A DNA stretch of 64,000 bases, taken from assembly GCF_009834535.1 (NCBI RefSeq), contig NC_045706.1:10914001-10978000 (forward strand). Reading direction: 5' to 3'. The notes below the pieces were generated by a model that was not told where the DNA came from, made no database searches, and worked only from the letters and a program-made list of their open reading frames with translations. This stretch comes from Camelus ferus. Lineage: Eukaryota. Shown here piece by piece: positions 63,069 through 64,000 of the stretch (its first letter is position 1; every line of letters begins with the position of its first letter). The position numbers were made by a program, and so were the translations under genes.

Positions 63069-64000
63069 ATCTAGAGTCATGTGGTCTGTTCAAGGTCACA
63101 CAGGGAAGGTGTAGCAGATTCCTGGTCTGGGCTAATTCCTGACTCTTTGGTTGGGGGCTCTTCCTCCGCATTATTTGAGTGGCCACAGGAAGAGCCCCAG
63201 GGCCAGCTAGCTGGATCTGAATGATGTTCAAATGACTAAAGTAGAAAGTGAGTGGGTCTCAAAGCACGGGAGGACATGGAGGGCAGCCTGGGAGGGGAGA
63301 GGGAGACCGGGGTAGGCCTGGGATTGAGTATCCTTTGGGGAGATGCTCGCATCCTCGGCGACTTTCCCTCGGCATGCAAGAATTACTGTTTCCCCGGGAA
63401 GAGCTGCCCTCGTGCTTTCCAGGATGTCTGGACTCCTCCTGAGAAGAGGGAAACCGGCACGAGGACAGCATTCCTGAAGTTCCCGGCTCGGGCTCACGGG
63501 GGCGCTGGTGAGCCGCGGAGGGAGCGAGCAGCTGGGTTCCTCCGAAAGACTAACTGAGGCCCTGGATACCCCGCCCCTCGGGGGCAGTGCCCCCGCCAAA
63601 GGCCCCCTACGGTGACCCCTCCTCAGGTCCGGTTGTAAACGGGTCTTTGCGTTAATCAGCTTTGCAGAGCCCGGGCCCGGGAATGGGGCAGCCCTGGAAC
63701 CTCCCGGTCCGCGCCAGCTGACCAGAGCCACTGCGCTGGCTTCCAGATGTGAGTGGCAGGAAGGTGCGGCAGCCGCTGGTACCCTTCCTAGCCCCCACGG
63801 TCGCATGGCTGTTAAGGCAGGAAGACGAGGCACTTCCTGGGCTTATTACTGAGGTTTTCTTTTGCCTCTTTTTACTGGTTCTTGACCCCCACCTCCATCC
63901 TGTCCCCTCACCCCCCCACCTTGGCCTCTGCTGGTCCCAAAGACCCAGATGGGCCATCAGTGGGGGGCTGTTTTGTTCATTTCATTCATTTCTAAAGTCG

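Overview
Mammalian genomic DNA, probably camelid judging by its tRNA-derived SINE family. It holds two + strand intron-containing genes in tandem. The first is the 3' part of TIAL1/TIAR: coding exons 3-12 at 1131/1182-7384, with a long AU-rich 3'UTR; exons 1-2 lie upstream of the window. The second is complete RGS10: CpG-island promoter at about 22.7-24.4 kb, five coding exons at 23838-56580, 546 nt = 181 aa + stop. The rest is intergenic or intronic sequence with camelid-type SINEs, L1/L2/MIR/HAL1 remnants, hAT MITEs (MER20, MER5, MER63) and solo MaLR/ERVL LTRs. The supplied ORF track is almost entirely spurious. The most interesting signals are regulatory: three stop-containing candidate poison exons in TIAL1 with weak donors followed by U-rich tracts (an autoregulation signature), a 7-nt-coding alternative first exon of RGS10 at 29187-29193, a lost intronic RGS10 start codon, an overlapping RFX X-box/CTCF-like element 3' of RGS10, and inverted SINE pairs around RGS10 exons. 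I found no convincing novel protein-coding system. Repeat family names are from visual recognition and their boundaries are approximate.
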